This document shows positions 37,714 through 46,629 of a stretch of DNA of 64,000 bases, one piece after another. The notes under the pieces are model-generated. The model saw only the letters and a program-made list of their open reading frames with translations. It searched no databases and had not been told where the DNA came from. Both the position numbers and the translations under genes were made by a program. Numbering within the stretch: position 1 is the stretch's first letter; every line of letters begins with the position of its first letter. Source of the stretch: a virus; UHGV virus genome UHGV-2113617, one strand, 5' to 3'.

Positions 37714-38307
37714 TTATTTCAGAGAATTAATGTATTCCTGAACATCGGCAGAGGTAGTTTCAACCCCGGAAATATTACCGTTAAAGGTTTCAACTCGAGC
37801 AAGAGTATCTTCAATATCAACCTTAGTTAGCGCTGCGATTTCAACTACATCATCAGCAGTACTAATTCCAAGGGCATTTGCCGCACGAGTTTCACGGATA
37901 TATTCCAATTTAACTGCAAGTTCTTGACGAGCATCATCTAACTCAACTACTTTCTTGGCGATTTCAATTCGCATTTCAGCATAACCATCAGCTTTAGTAG
38001 TCAACTGCTCAGCTGTTCGACGATATAGTAAACCGAGCTTAGCATGCATTGTTACATCTTGACCTTCGGAAAGAAGTTTGCGAATTTCACGCTCTTTTGA
38101 TTCGGCTTGTCGATTCTTTTCGATAACAAGTTCACGAATACGTTTTTCTTCATTAATAGATTTAACAGAAGCAGTTTTTAGGTCTTTAATTTTATCAAGA
38201 AGTTTTGCTGCTGCAGCAGTATACTGTTCTTCAACAGATAGATTTTTAGCCATAGCAGAACCAAGTTTAGTGCGAATAAACTCAACAATTTTCTTCAGTG
38301 TGTTCAT
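37714..38307 (-). CDS. coiled-coil protein
   Basis: 197 aa, highly helical and charged with heptad character. Confidence 0.6.
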   Translation of the reverse strand: MNTLKKIVEFIRTKLGSAMAKNLSVEEQYTAAAAKLLDKIKDLKTASVKSINEEKRIRELVIEKNRQAESKEREIRKLLSEGQDVTMHAKLGLLYRRTAEQLTTKADGYAEMRIEIAKKVVELDDARQELAVKLEYIRETRAANALGISTADDVVEIAALTKVDIEDTLARVETFNGNISGVETTSADVQEYINSLK

Positions 38308-38350
38308 AGTATTTCCTTAGGTTGATTAAAAATTAAAATCTGTGGAAGAA

Positions 38351-38881
38351 TTATATCATGCTATTTAAGAGATGTAAACTATTTTTAATTTTACAAATTC
38401 GTTCAGCTTCTTCAACAGCGGCGGCGATAATGCTTTTAGCTATAGGAGTACTAATACTAGTAGCTTTTACACTTAACACGATTTCTTTATCTTTACCAGG
38501 CCAACCCCACGATTTTTCACCGTGAGTGCCTTTAATTACAGCAGACACCTCAAGTGAGCATCCATTATCATATGTTTTTACATTGACAACCCAAGGTTCA
38601 CTTTTCTCAATCGGTTTCTCAATCGGTTTATCCCAGTAAATATTAAGAATACGTGGGACATCAAATTTGGCAGGACAAATCTTAACTGTAAGACCTTCGC
38701 TTTCTAGCCAATTAATAAGAGGGCGTTCATACAGGCGACGATGTGGGCTTGGGATTCGACAAGCCTTATGTCCGTTGCTTGCGGCTTCACTAAGCTGTTC
38801 TAATACCTGCTTTTGCATTATTGATAAGATACCATCAAAAGATTTTTCGGAAGTTTCATTCAGTTCGGTATAAAGAGACAT
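38351..38881 (-). CDS. hypothetical protein
   Basis: 176 aa ORF downstream of promoter 38907-38936. Confidence 0.6.
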   Translation of the reverse strand: MSLYTELNETSEKSFDGILSIMQKQVLEQLSEAASNGHKACRIPSPHRRLYERPLINWLESEGLTVKICPAKFDVPRILNIYWDKPIEKPIEKSEPWVVNVKTYDNGCSLEVSAVIKGTHGEKSWGWPGKDKEIVLSVKATSISTPIAKSIIAAAVEEAERICKIKNSLHLLNSMI

Positions 38882-38906
38882 AACAGTTTCCTCAAATTAT
38901 AGGCTC

Positions 38907-38936
38907 ATAATATCTCAATCATGAGCCTATGTAAAC
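38907..38936 (-). promoter_or_regulatory. T4-type early promoter (GTTTACA-17-TATTAT)
   Basis: Minus strand GTTTACA taggctcatgattgaga TATTAT gagcc; inverted repeat GGCTCAT/ATGAGCC around -10. Confidence 0.5.
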
Positions 38937-39200
38937 TTATTTCATATTATTAAAATATTCTTCTGCGATTTCGTCGTTATCATGGTAAACTTTAGAAGAC
39001 AGTTTAACATAACCTTCAGCAGTGAACATGTTAATCACAACCTTTACAGTATACCACTGACCATCTTCATTACCCATTACTGCGTAAGTTTCAAACATCG
39101 GATGATCAGGACCGATAACTTTAATATCATTCACTGTACGACCGAAATCTTCTGAAACGCATTTCATAAAGAAGTTGAACAGTTCGCCGTAATTATCCAT
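38937..39200 (-). CDS. hypothetical protein
   Basis: Start at ATG 39200 (GGAG SD), 87 aa; the track's MVLYNYQL extension is promoter sequence. Confidence 0.5.
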   Translation of the reverse strand: MDNYGELFNFFMKCVSEDFGRTVNDIKVIGPDHPMFETYAVMGNEDGQWYTVKVVINMFTAEGYVKLSSKVYHDNDEIAEEYFNNMK

Positions 39201-39252
39201 TTCATTCTCCAAGTTGTTTTTCTGTATCAGTAGTTGATAGTTGTATAGTACC

Positions 39253-39282
39253 ATGGAAGAACGGGGATGTAAACCGTTTTGT
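39253..39282 (-). promoter_or_regulatory. T4-type early promoter (GTTTACA-17-TACTAT)
   Basis: Minus strand cacaaaacgGTTTACA tccccgttcttccatgg TACTAT acaactatcaactac. Confidence 0.55.
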
Positions 39283-39411
39283 GAAAAAATTTTTAAAAAG
39301 TTTTAGGGAATTCTAGGGCAGGGATGGGCAATTAAAGGATAGGATAATATATTATAAAGGGTATAAACTAAATGATGCCTAGAGAGGTCCAGAAAGGCCT
39401 AGATATCAAAA

Positions 39412-39435
39412 AGCCCCAACCTTTCGGTCGAGGCT
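39412..39435 (-). promoter_or_regulatory. stem-loop, 3' flank of ORF 39443-39916 (GNRA loop on transcript)
   Basis: On the minus transcript AGCCUCGACC-GAAA-GGUUGGGGCU, a 10-bp stem with two G-U pairs; part of a 32-bp direct repeat also at 39966-39997. Confidence 0.55.
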
Positions 39436-39442
39436 AAGAATG

Positions 39443-39916
39443 TTATTTGATTTGTTTAGCAGACCAAATGCGGTCTTTGATGATTTTTTGGAGATCTTCA
39501 ACATACTCTAGGTCATGAGCATGTGGATTATCTTTGAAACTATAGGCACGGGCTAATTTTTGGCCTTCGGTTTTAATTACTAAAAGCTCTTTAAGGATAG
39601 CTTCATATTTAGCGATAATTCCTTTAACAATATTTTTTTCTTGTGCAGCTTTAGGATCTGCTTTAGGAGCAGGTTTACCGGAAGGTTTTTCGAAAGCCGC
39701 ACCAGTAGCAACCAGACTTTTCCAGGCGGTGGTAACATAGTTACCCACAAAGCCTTCAGCTCTCATATCGTCGTAGAACTTGTACCGGGATTCGTCAGAA
39801 GCATCTTTATAAGAATATTTACCAGCTTTAATAGCAGCAGTTGCTACAGCGCGAACATCTGAAGCGGATGCTTCATTTAACACCACTTCATTTAAAAATT
39901 GAGCATATGATTTCAT
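39443..39916 (-). CDS. putative packaged internal protein with capsid-targeting-like N-terminus
   Basis: 157 aa; N-terminus MKSYAQFLNEV resembles the IP targeting sequences (MKTYKEFIAEA) with an L-x-E site; own late promoter and GGAAA SD; Lys/Ala-rich. Confidence 0.6.
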   Translation of the reverse strand: MKSYAQFLNEVVLNEASASDVRAVATAAIKAGKYSYKDASDESRYKFYDDMRAEGFVGNYVTTAWKSLVATGAAFEKPSGKPAPKADPKAAQEKNIVKGIIAKYEAILKELLVIKTEGQKLARAYSFKDNPHAHDLEYVEDLQKIIKDRIWSAKQIK

Positions 39917-39955
39917 CTTATTTCCTGTTTTAATTCGTGATTTAATATACTACTA

Positions 39956-39963
39956 TATTTATA
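39956..39963 (-). promoter_or_regulatory. late promoter (TATAAATA) for ORF 39443-39916
   Basis: Exact TATAAATA on the minus strand 40 nt upstream of the ATG. Confidence 0.6.
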
Positions 39964-39969
39964 CCAAAA

Positions 39970-39993
39970 AGCCCCAACCTTTCGGTCGGGGCT
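39970..39993 (-). promoter_or_regulatory. stem-loop, 5' flank of ORF 39443-39916
   Basis: On the minus transcript AGCCCCGACC-GAAA-GGUUGGGGCU; second copy of the 32-bp repeat. Confidence 0.55.
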
Positions 39994-40044
39994 AAGCCTT
40001 GCGGCAACCTTGTCGGGGTTCCACCTGCTAAGGCAAGTGTTTGT

Positions 40045-40136
40045 ACGAAACGCCGGGATTTGAACCCGGTTATTGAGCAGTTGACGCTACTCAATATTTT
40101 TAAAAGGCCATATCTCGACCATATCCGAACGTTCCG
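40045..40136 (-). ncRNA. tRNA-like stable RNA
   Basis: Acceptor-stem pairing (CGGAACG/CGUUUCG) plus canonical T-arm CCGGG-UUCAAAU-CCCGG, but a non-tRNA body of ~60 nt. Confidence 0.4.
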
Positions 40137-40309
40137 TCAAAAACGCTACTCGGCTTACGGCAAAGATATTTCCTCGAATCGATAATTTGGTGCGCCGTTT
40201 CTGCTGTGATGTAAGAGGGCATCAACAAATCATAAAGATTTATTAACACAATTCCTTACCCAGGGAACATCAGTCCGACGACTTACCGGTAGCGACCCGG
40301 TTTCTCATT

Positions 40310-40386
40310 TGGTCGAGGCAGAAGGATTCTAACCTTCAACCAACGGATTAGAAATCCGTTGCTCTATACAATTGAGCTATGCCCCG
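40310..40386 (-). tRNA. tRNA-Arg (anticodon UCU), CCA encoded
   Basis: Manual fold: acceptor CGGGGCA/UGCCUCG with a G-U pair, D-arm GCUC..GAGC, anticodon loop UUUCUAA, T-arm GAAGG-UUAGAAU-CCUUC. Confidence 0.8.
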
Positions 40387-40389
40387 TAA

Positions 40390-41055
40390 TTAAAATTTCA
40401 TTTTTCGACCTTTAAACCATCCTTCTGGAATTGGGTCAGTTTTCTTAATACGTTTAGAAACTTTTTCATCTAATGAATGAATCCACATCATACCAAATTG
40501 AGAATTCTTTTCACCTTGTTGGTGTTTATTTCTGGCGTGAGATTCTTTCATTTTATTAATAGTTTCAGGAGTATGGGTCTTACCCAAGAAAGATTTAGTA
40601 TTTAAAAATTTCTCTCTATACTTAGGATTATCCCAAAGCTGTTTAAACCTTTCTGAACCCATTTTACGATATTTTTCTTTAAGGTCTGGGTCGTTCTCAA
40701 ATCTGGTTTTAAAAGCGGCAGCTCCTTTTAAGGAAGCTTCTTTCTTTTTATCCAAATATTCTTTAGTGTTTAAATGGTCCCAACCACCTTCACCACCTAA
40801 TTTCAAATTATAAACATCAGGGCGCTTTAAAAACTCTTCAGTCACAATATTCTTTTCTGACTCAAACATAGAGGTTTTATCGTCAAAGAACTCTAATATT
40901 TCTTTAGAAAAATTTTCTATACCATACTTGTCTTGGGCTCTTTTTAATAATTTACCAGAACCCATATATCCATCATCTAAATTTTCGGTAGAATGAGCGC
41001 CTATGTAGATTTTATTATTAATTTTATTTGTTATTTTATAAATGTAATGGAACAT
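40390..41055 (-). CDS. segB: GIY-YIG homing endonuclease SegB
   Basis: 221 aa; N-terminal HYIYKITNKINNKIYIGAHS (GIY...YIG); located between tRNA-Arg and the 7-tRNA subcluster as in T4. Confidence 0.85.
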   Translation of the reverse strand: MFHYIYKITNKINNKIYIGAHSTENLDDGYMGSGKLLKRAQDKYGIENFSKEILEFFDDKTSMFESEKNIVTEEFLKRPDVYNLKLGGEGGWDHLNTKEYLDKKKEASLKGAAAFKTRFENDPDLKEKYRKMGSERFKQLWDNPKYREKFLNTKSFLGKTHTPETINKMKESHARNKHQQGEKNSQFGMMWIHSLDEKVSKRIKKTDPIPEGWFKGRKMKF

Positions 41056-41096
41056 AAATATCTCCTATTTCTAAGAGTATTTATGTTCTCAAAATA

Positions 41097-41168
41097 TGGC
41101 CCTGGGTGGAATTGAACCACCATCTGGCGATTATGAGTCGCTTGCTTGAACCTTCCAGCTACAGGGCC
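41097..41168 (-). tRNA. tRNA-Ile (anticodon CAU; Met not excluded)
   Basis: Manual fold: acceptor GGCCCUG/CAGGGCC, anticodon loop CUCAUAA, T-arm GGUGG-UUCAAUU-CCACC; T4 has a CAU tRNA-Ile here. Confidence 0.75.
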
Positions 41169-41174
41169 TTGATA

Positions 41175-41247
41175 TGCTGATTGACGGAATCGAACCGCCG
41201 ACGTCCTCATTACAAGTGAGTTGCTCTACCTACTGAGCTAAATCAGC
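41175..41247 (-). tRNA. tRNA-Thr (anticodon UGU)
   Basis: Acceptor GCUGAUU/AAUCAGC, D-arm GCUCAGUAGGUAGAGC, anticodon loop CUUGUAA, T-loop UUCGAUU. Confidence 0.85.
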
Positions 41248-41254
41248 GAAATTA

Positions 41255-41341
41255 CGGAGGCGATAGGATTTGAACCTATGAGTCGCCGGAGCGACTGCCG
41301 GTTTTCAAGACCGGTGCATTAAACCACTCTGCCACGCCTCC
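41255..41341 (-). tRNA. tRNA-Ser (anticodon UGA)
   Basis: 87 nt with long variable arm; acceptor GGAGGCG/CGCCUCC; anticodon loop CUUGAAA. Confidence 0.85.
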
Positions 41342-41343
41342 AG

Positions 41344-41417
41344 TCTCCGCGGCAGGATTTGAACCTGCGACATTCTGCTCCCAAAGCAGACGCTCTACCA
41401 AACTGAGCTACACGGAG
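41344..41417 (-). tRNA. tRNA-Pro (anticodon UGG)
   Basis: Acceptor with one G-U pair; D-arm GCUCAGUUUGGUAGAGC; anticodon loop UUUGGGA; T-arm GCAGG-UUCAAAU-CCUGC. Confidence 0.85.
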
Positions 41418-41429
41418 TAAATTAAATTT

Positions 41430-41501
<72 letters not shown>

Positions 41502-41507
41502 AAACTT

Positions 41508-41594
41508 TGGTACGAGAAGTGGGACTCGAACCCACAAGGAAATCATTCCGCAGCATTTTAAGTGCTGTGCCTTTACCAATTTGACCATTCTCGC
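41508..41594 (-). tRNA. tRNA-Leu (anticodon UAA), CCA encoded
   Basis: 87 nt with long variable arm; anticodon loop CUUAAAA; T-arm GUGGG-UUCGAGU-CCCAC. Confidence 0.85.
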
Positions 41595-41595
41595 G

Positions 41596-41668
41596 CTGGG
41601 AATAAAGGACTTGAACCTTTGCATCTAGCAGTCAAAGTGCTATGCCTTACCAACTTGGCTAATTCCCA
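41596..41668 (-). tRNA. tRNA-Gln (anticodon UUG)
   Basis: Acceptor UGGGAAU/AUUCCCA; anticodon loop CUUUGAC; T-arm AAAGG-UUCAAGU-CCUUU. Confidence 0.85.
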
Positions 41669-41765
41669 ATTATTAACAAAGGCTCTCAAGCAAGAACCCT
41701 TGATGATAGAGGGTATTAATCAGTGCGATATGAGTTAATAATAACAAATAATTCTTAAAGCATAT

Positions 41766-42053
41766 TTACCATTTATGATAATACATATTTACGATGCATT
41801 CAAGACCCAAAGGATTCTTGAAAATATCATATTCAAGAGGACCTTTTTCTGTTTCAATAAAGAAATCAAAGTTAACTGTGTTAAATTTACGGTCTTCCTT
41901 TACTAATTTAACCTGAGAAGATGAACGGTCAATGTAAACCTTTTCGACTTCAAAACACGTTAAAATGCCATAATCATCAATCAAGGCTTTAGCTGCTTCT
42001 TGATCATATTTATATCCATTTTCAATGGACGATACTTTCGCATAAAGAATCAT
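41766..42053 (-). CDS. hypothetical protein
   Basis: 95 aa ORF between the ipI-locus gene and the tRNA cluster. Confidence 0.55.
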   Translation of the reverse strand: MILYAKVSSIENGYKYDQEAAKALIDDYGILTCFEVEKVYIDRSSSQVKLVKEDRKFNTVNFDFFIETEKGPLEYDIFKNPLGLECIVNMYYHKW

Positions 42054-42055
42054 TA

Positions 42056-42238
42056 TTAACCTTTAGAAATTTTATCCATAGCAATAGCGATTAAACCAAT
42101 TAAAAATGCTACTACAAGTGAAAAAACGTTTTCTGCTGTAGTTAATAATCCGCATATAAATCCAACAAACATTGAAAAACTAAAAGCAGAAGCAGAAATT
42201 GCAATAGCAACATTTCGAATTAATTCACAGCGTTTCAT
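42056..42238 (-). CDS. small membrane protein
   Basis: 60 aa, two hydrophobic helices; GAGGAG SD and promoter 42267-42296 upstream. Confidence 0.5.
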   Translation of the reverse strand: MKRCELIRNVAIAISASAFSFSMFVGFICGLLTTAENVFSLVVAFLIGLIAIAMDKISKG

Positions 42239-42266
42239 TTTATTCTCCTCAGTAGTTGATAGGGTA

Positions 42267-42296
42267 ATAGTATCACTACCCTATCTAAAAGTAAAC
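42267..42296 (-). promoter_or_regulatory. T4-type early promoter with embedded stem-loop
   Basis: Minus strand GTTTACT tttagatagggtagtga TACTAT taccctatc; inverted repeat GATAGGGTA/TACCCTATC brackets the -10. Confidence 0.55.
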
Positions 42297-42530
42297 TTAT
42301 TTTTTACGAAAAATTGATTTATTTTCTGCTGCCCATTTTTCAATAACTGCAGCAGGACCAGTAACAACAATTTTATCGCCGTAATCTTCTGCGGCGAGTT
42401 GACCGAAATTATCTAATGCATCACGAAGAACTCCATGAGGCATTTCACCCATTTTATCTTTCTTACCAGTGTAAATAAACTCAACTTTTACATCAGCCGC
42501 TTCATTGATAAATTCTTTGAAAGTTTTCAT
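42297..42530 (-). CDS. internal head protein, ipI-locus variant
   Basis: From ATG 42530 reads MKTFKEFINEA... (77 aa); at the T4 ipI position next to 57B; the track's 99-aa version includes promoter/UTR sequence. Confidence 0.6.
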   Translation of the reverse strand: MKTFKEFINEAADVKVEFIYTGKKDKMGEMPHGVLRDALDNFGQLAAEDYGDKIVVTGPAAVIEKWAAENKSIFRKK

Positions 42531-42564
42531 TTTGATTTCCATTTGGTTTTGTTTTGATAGGGTA

Positions 42565-42594
42565 ATAGTATCACAACTAAAACTCCATGTAAAC
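42565..42594 (-). promoter_or_regulatory. T4-type early promoter upstream of ipI-locus gene
   Basis: Minus strand cacaaagttGTTTACA tggagttttagttgtga TACTAT taccctatc. Confidence 0.55.
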
Positions 42595-42606
42595 AACTTT
42601 GTGAAA

Positions 42607-43292
<686 letters not shown>

Positions 43293-43302
43293 TATAGTAC
43301 CT

Positions 43303-44028
43303 TTAGTGTATTTTTAGTGTATTTTTAATTTTAGAAAAAAGTTCTTCAAGAGAACCATCGTTTGTAATTACTAAATCACCATCACGAATTGGCAATCCAG
43401 CTTCTGTAATATGTGTATCATTGGATTTTTGACCAGGACGAACTACATGAATTACTGTAGCACCCATCGCCCTAGCCGCATCCATTTCATGATCTTGACG
43501 AGTATCAGGAACGATATAATAATCATAACCTGAGTTAAATTTATCAAGATAATCTAAAGCAAATAATTTTACCCAATACATGCGGTCGAAGTTATTAACA
43601 ATCAAATCCGTACCTAGGGCTTGCATCAGACGACGGACTGACCATTGATCTTCAATATTATTTATAACGTCAATAATCTTGTTACATGCTACGGAATCAA
43701 CTGATTCTTGTCCTTCGTCCTCAAAAACACACACCCCCTTAATTGGGCTTTTACCGTTAAGATAGCAAAATGCTTGTTCCATAATCGTGATTACTTCTGA
43801 TTTAGTCAGATTTAAATTAGTCTCACGATCATAGTCAATTCCTTCAAACTCTTTACGAGTTAAGCAAGGATAGTCGGTGTTTGCTGCAAATACACCCCAT
43901 GCATAAGCCAATGCATCCTTAATAGGACCAGCAAGTTGGTATTTAACTGCAGAATAATTACTCATGATAAAATCAGCAGTAGTATCTTTTCCACTACGCT
44001 TTACACCGCTTAAAAAGATTAGTTTCAT
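43303..44028 (-). CDS. 1: deoxynucleoside monophosphate kinase gp1
   Basis: From ATG 44028 (GAGGAG SD) reads MKLIFLSGVKRSGKDTTADF (P-loop), 241 aa. Confidence 0.85.
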   Translation of the reverse strand: MKLIFLSGVKRSGKDTTADFIMSNYSAVKYQLAGPIKDALAYAWGVFAANTDYPCLTRKEFEGIDYDRETNLNLTKSEVITIMEQAFCYLNGKSPIKGVCVFEDEGQESVDSVACNKIIDVINNIEDQWSVRRLMQALGTDLIVNNFDRMYWVKLFALDYLDKFNSGYDYYIVPDTRQDHEMDAARAMGATVIHVVRPGQKSNDTHITEAGLPIRDGDLVITNDGSLEELFSKIKNTLKIH

Positions 44029-44077
44029 GTGTTTCTCCTCAAATTTAATTAAGATTATAACACACAAAACTGAAGCA

Positions 44078-44608
44078 TTAAACTTCTGCTATAATTTTAC
44101 CATCTTTTTCTACTTGAAAATAGGTGTAAGGAATCGTTGCTGTACATACTAAAGCCGGGTCTGAATCTTCCGTGTAGCTAAATTCTACTTCAGATAGGTC
44201 AGAAACCCAAGGCTTATAAAAATTTATTGACATCACGATTTCAGTTTTACTATTATCTAAAATGTAAAGCGTAATGTATTCAGGACCTGTTTTTTGGGCA
44301 GTATTTTCGCCTGTAAGATAGTTACTAGTTCCTAGCATCCATTCATACATTCCTATCCACGACTTAAGCTCTTCGTCAACTATAAATCTCACAATGAGTG
44401 GGTCGTACTCAAATGTAACACCTGGACGTTGTGCTCGACCAAGTCCAAACGGCCCAGTCACGGTATCAGTAACAGGTATTCTAATTCCTGGAATAGGAAC
44501 TGACTGAGCATTTAAAGTAAAAGCAGATGTAGTATTACTATGTGGTATTGATACTACAAAGTTAGTTGTATTTGCTTGGTTAAAAATTTGTTGTAGTGCT
44601 TGCGACAT
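44078..44608 (-). CDS. 3: tail completion / sheath stabiliser gp3
   Basis: From internal ATG 44608 reads MSQALQQIFNQANTT..., 176 aa as T4 gp3. Confidence 0.75.
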   Translation of the reverse strand: MSQALQQIFNQANTTNFVVSIPHSNTTSAFTLNAQSVPIPGIRIPVTDTVTGPFGLGRAQRPGVTFEYDPLIVRFIVDEELKSWIGMYEWMLGTSNYLTGENTAQKTGPEYITLYILDNSKTEIVMSINFYKPWVSDLSEVEFSYTEDSDPALVCTATIPYTYFQVEKDGKIIAEV

Positions 44609-44714
44609 ATATTCCTCATAATGCTTTATAAATGTTGGTGGTATAATGGGTCTAAGTCCCTTCCATTCAATTCCAATTAGAACAAACAATAGAAAAGAAT
44701 GGAAGATAATAGAA

Positions 44715-45539
44715 TTAGATATTTGACCAGACTTTGTTTGCAGAGAAACGTTTTCCTTTTGAAACGAACTGCTGAAGTGGCATTAACACAACGTTCGCCC
44801 AGTCTTTCGGGGCGATTTCAACAAGGCTACCCATAATATTACCAGGTATATATGCCTTAATCATTTGGTCTGCACCTCTAAATCCTTTCACTTGACTCCA
44901 ATCAATTTTTAATTTCGTTTTATTAGTAATAGTAGGTGTATTTGCATATTGCTTTAAAAGCTCTTCTAGAAATTGCTGACGAGCTTTAGGTGGAATATAG
45001 TGCAAGTTCAATCCGTACATTAAATTGTGTTTACCTAAACCGAGGTAAATTATCAAAGGAAATTTATCCCAATAAGGAAGAGTTTCTTTGTGTTTAGCAT
45101 CATAAGCAAAAGCATATATTCGTCCCGGCTGCGGGCGAACAACTTTATGTCCTTTTACCTGCTTAATAGTTTCAGCAAACCACTTTCTGGTTTTATTATT
45201 AATTGCTGCACCTTCATTACGAATTTTATCACGCAACGTTTGCCTGAATGAATTTATCATAAGCAGTTGTCTTTCTTGCTTATTGAGTTTATTCATTGGT
45301 TTTGATTCAAGCTTTTGAATCTTTTCAGCCGTTTTAATTCCTGAAGCATATTTTGACATTGCCGAAGTAAACGTAGAGTATTTGATTCCTCTTTCTTCAG
45401 CAAATTGCTTTCCTGTCATTCCTTTTGCTTTGGCCTTTTTGTATTCAAGACCTATCTGAATCCATTTCTTTTCGTTTAATGATTGCTTAACCTTTGGAAC
45501 TTGGGGAGTGCTTTCATTAATTATTTGAAAAATAGCCAT
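44715..45539 (-). CDS. 2: DNA end protector gp2
   Basis: 274 aa, basic; T4 gp2 length and position between 4 and 3. Confidence 0.8.
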
Positions 45540-45991
45540 TATGCCCCCTTAAAGCCAAGAGCTCGTAATCCATCTTCTGTTAAAATTCTAAATTTTATTC
45601 CACGCTTTTCAGCTAAAGCTTGAGCTGCTTTCCATTTGTCAGTATTAACGGAATATGTATAAATTTCATTCATAAATCTTTTCTTCGCTGCAGTTGTTAG
45701 ATGTGCTGGTTTAACTGGTGGTTGTGTTTCTTTTTTAGGCTTTATTTCAATAAAAAATTCTTGTCCAGAAGAATCTTTCATCCAAATATCCATGAAGTAT
45801 CTACGTTTTTTCCCTTCTGCATTACAAAAATAAGGAATTACTGCTGTTTCACTACCCCATGCAATAATTTCTGGATTTTTATCTAACCATTCAAAAAAGA
45901 ATTTTTCCCAATTTGATCTATACGTAATTTTTTTAGGGTCACCTCTATATTTTGATATATTTTTAGGAACCCATTTTCCAGAATATGCCAT
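45539..45991 (-). CDS. 4: head completion protein gp4
   Basis: 150 aa; T4 gp4 length; divergent from gene 53 across a late-promoter region. Confidence 0.8.
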
Positions 45992-46002
45992 TGGATTCTC
46001 CT

Positions 46003-46010
46003 TATAAATA
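46003..46010 (+). promoter_or_regulatory. late promoter (TATAAATA) for gene 53
   Basis: Exact TATAAATA 28 nt upstream of the gene 53 ATG. Confidence 0.65.
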
Positions 46011-46017
46011 GATAATA

Positions 46018-46025
46018 TATTTATA
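46018..46025 (-). promoter_or_regulatory. late promoter (TATAAATA) for gene 4
   Basis: Exact TATAAATA on the minus strand 27 nt upstream of the gene 4 ATG. Confidence 0.65.
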
Positions 46026-46038
46026 AACAGGAGGGCCC

Positions 46039-46629
46039 ATGCTCTTTACATTTTTTGATCCGATTGAATATGCGGCCAAAACGGTGAATAAAAACGCGCC
46101 GACTATTCCTATGACAGATATTTTTAGAAACTATAAAGACTATTTCAAACGTGCTCTTGCGGGATATCGCTTACGTACTTATTATATTAAAGGTTCACCA
46201 CGCCCGGAAGAATTAGCAAATGCTATATATGGAAATCCACAGTTGTATTGGGTTTTATTGATGTGTAATGATAATTATGATCCGTATTATGGATGGATTA
46301 CTTCGCAAGAAGCTGCTTATCAAGCATCTATACAAAAATACAAAAATGTAGGTGGAGACCAAATAGTATATCACGTGAATGAGAATGGTGAAAAATTTTA
46401 TAATTTAATATCATACGATGATAATCCATATGTTTGGTATGATAAAGGCGATAAAGCTAGAAAATATCCTCAATACGAAGGAGCACTTGCTGCGGTCGAT
46501 ACGTATGAAGCTGCTGTTCTTGAAAATGAAAAACTTCGTCAAATAAAAATAATAGCAAAATCAGACATCAATTCATTTATGAACGACCTTATACGTATAA
46601 TGGAGAAATCTTATGGAAATGATAAGTAA
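46039..46629 (+). CDS. 53: baseplate wedge protein gp53
   Basis: 196 aa; T4 gp53 length and position before gene 5. Confidence 0.85.
   Translation: MLFTFFDPIEYAAKTVNKNAPTIPMTDIFRNYKDYFKRALAGYRLRTYYIKGSPRPEELANAIYGNPQLYWVLLMCNDNYDPYYGWITSQEAAYQASIQKYKNVGGDQIVYHVNENGEKFYNLISYDDNPYVWYDKGDKARKYPQYEGALAAVDTYEAAVLENEKLRQIKIIAKSDINSFMNDLIRIMEKSYGNDK

Noticed and set aside
37714-38307. PspA/IM30-like identity for the 197-aa coiled-coil protein
   Set aside because: Only generic coiled-coil character; no family-specific motif recognisable by eye.
40137-40309. Second stable RNA between the tRNA-like element and tRNA-Arg
   Set aside because: Expected from T4 organisation but I could not define a convincing fold or ends by eye.
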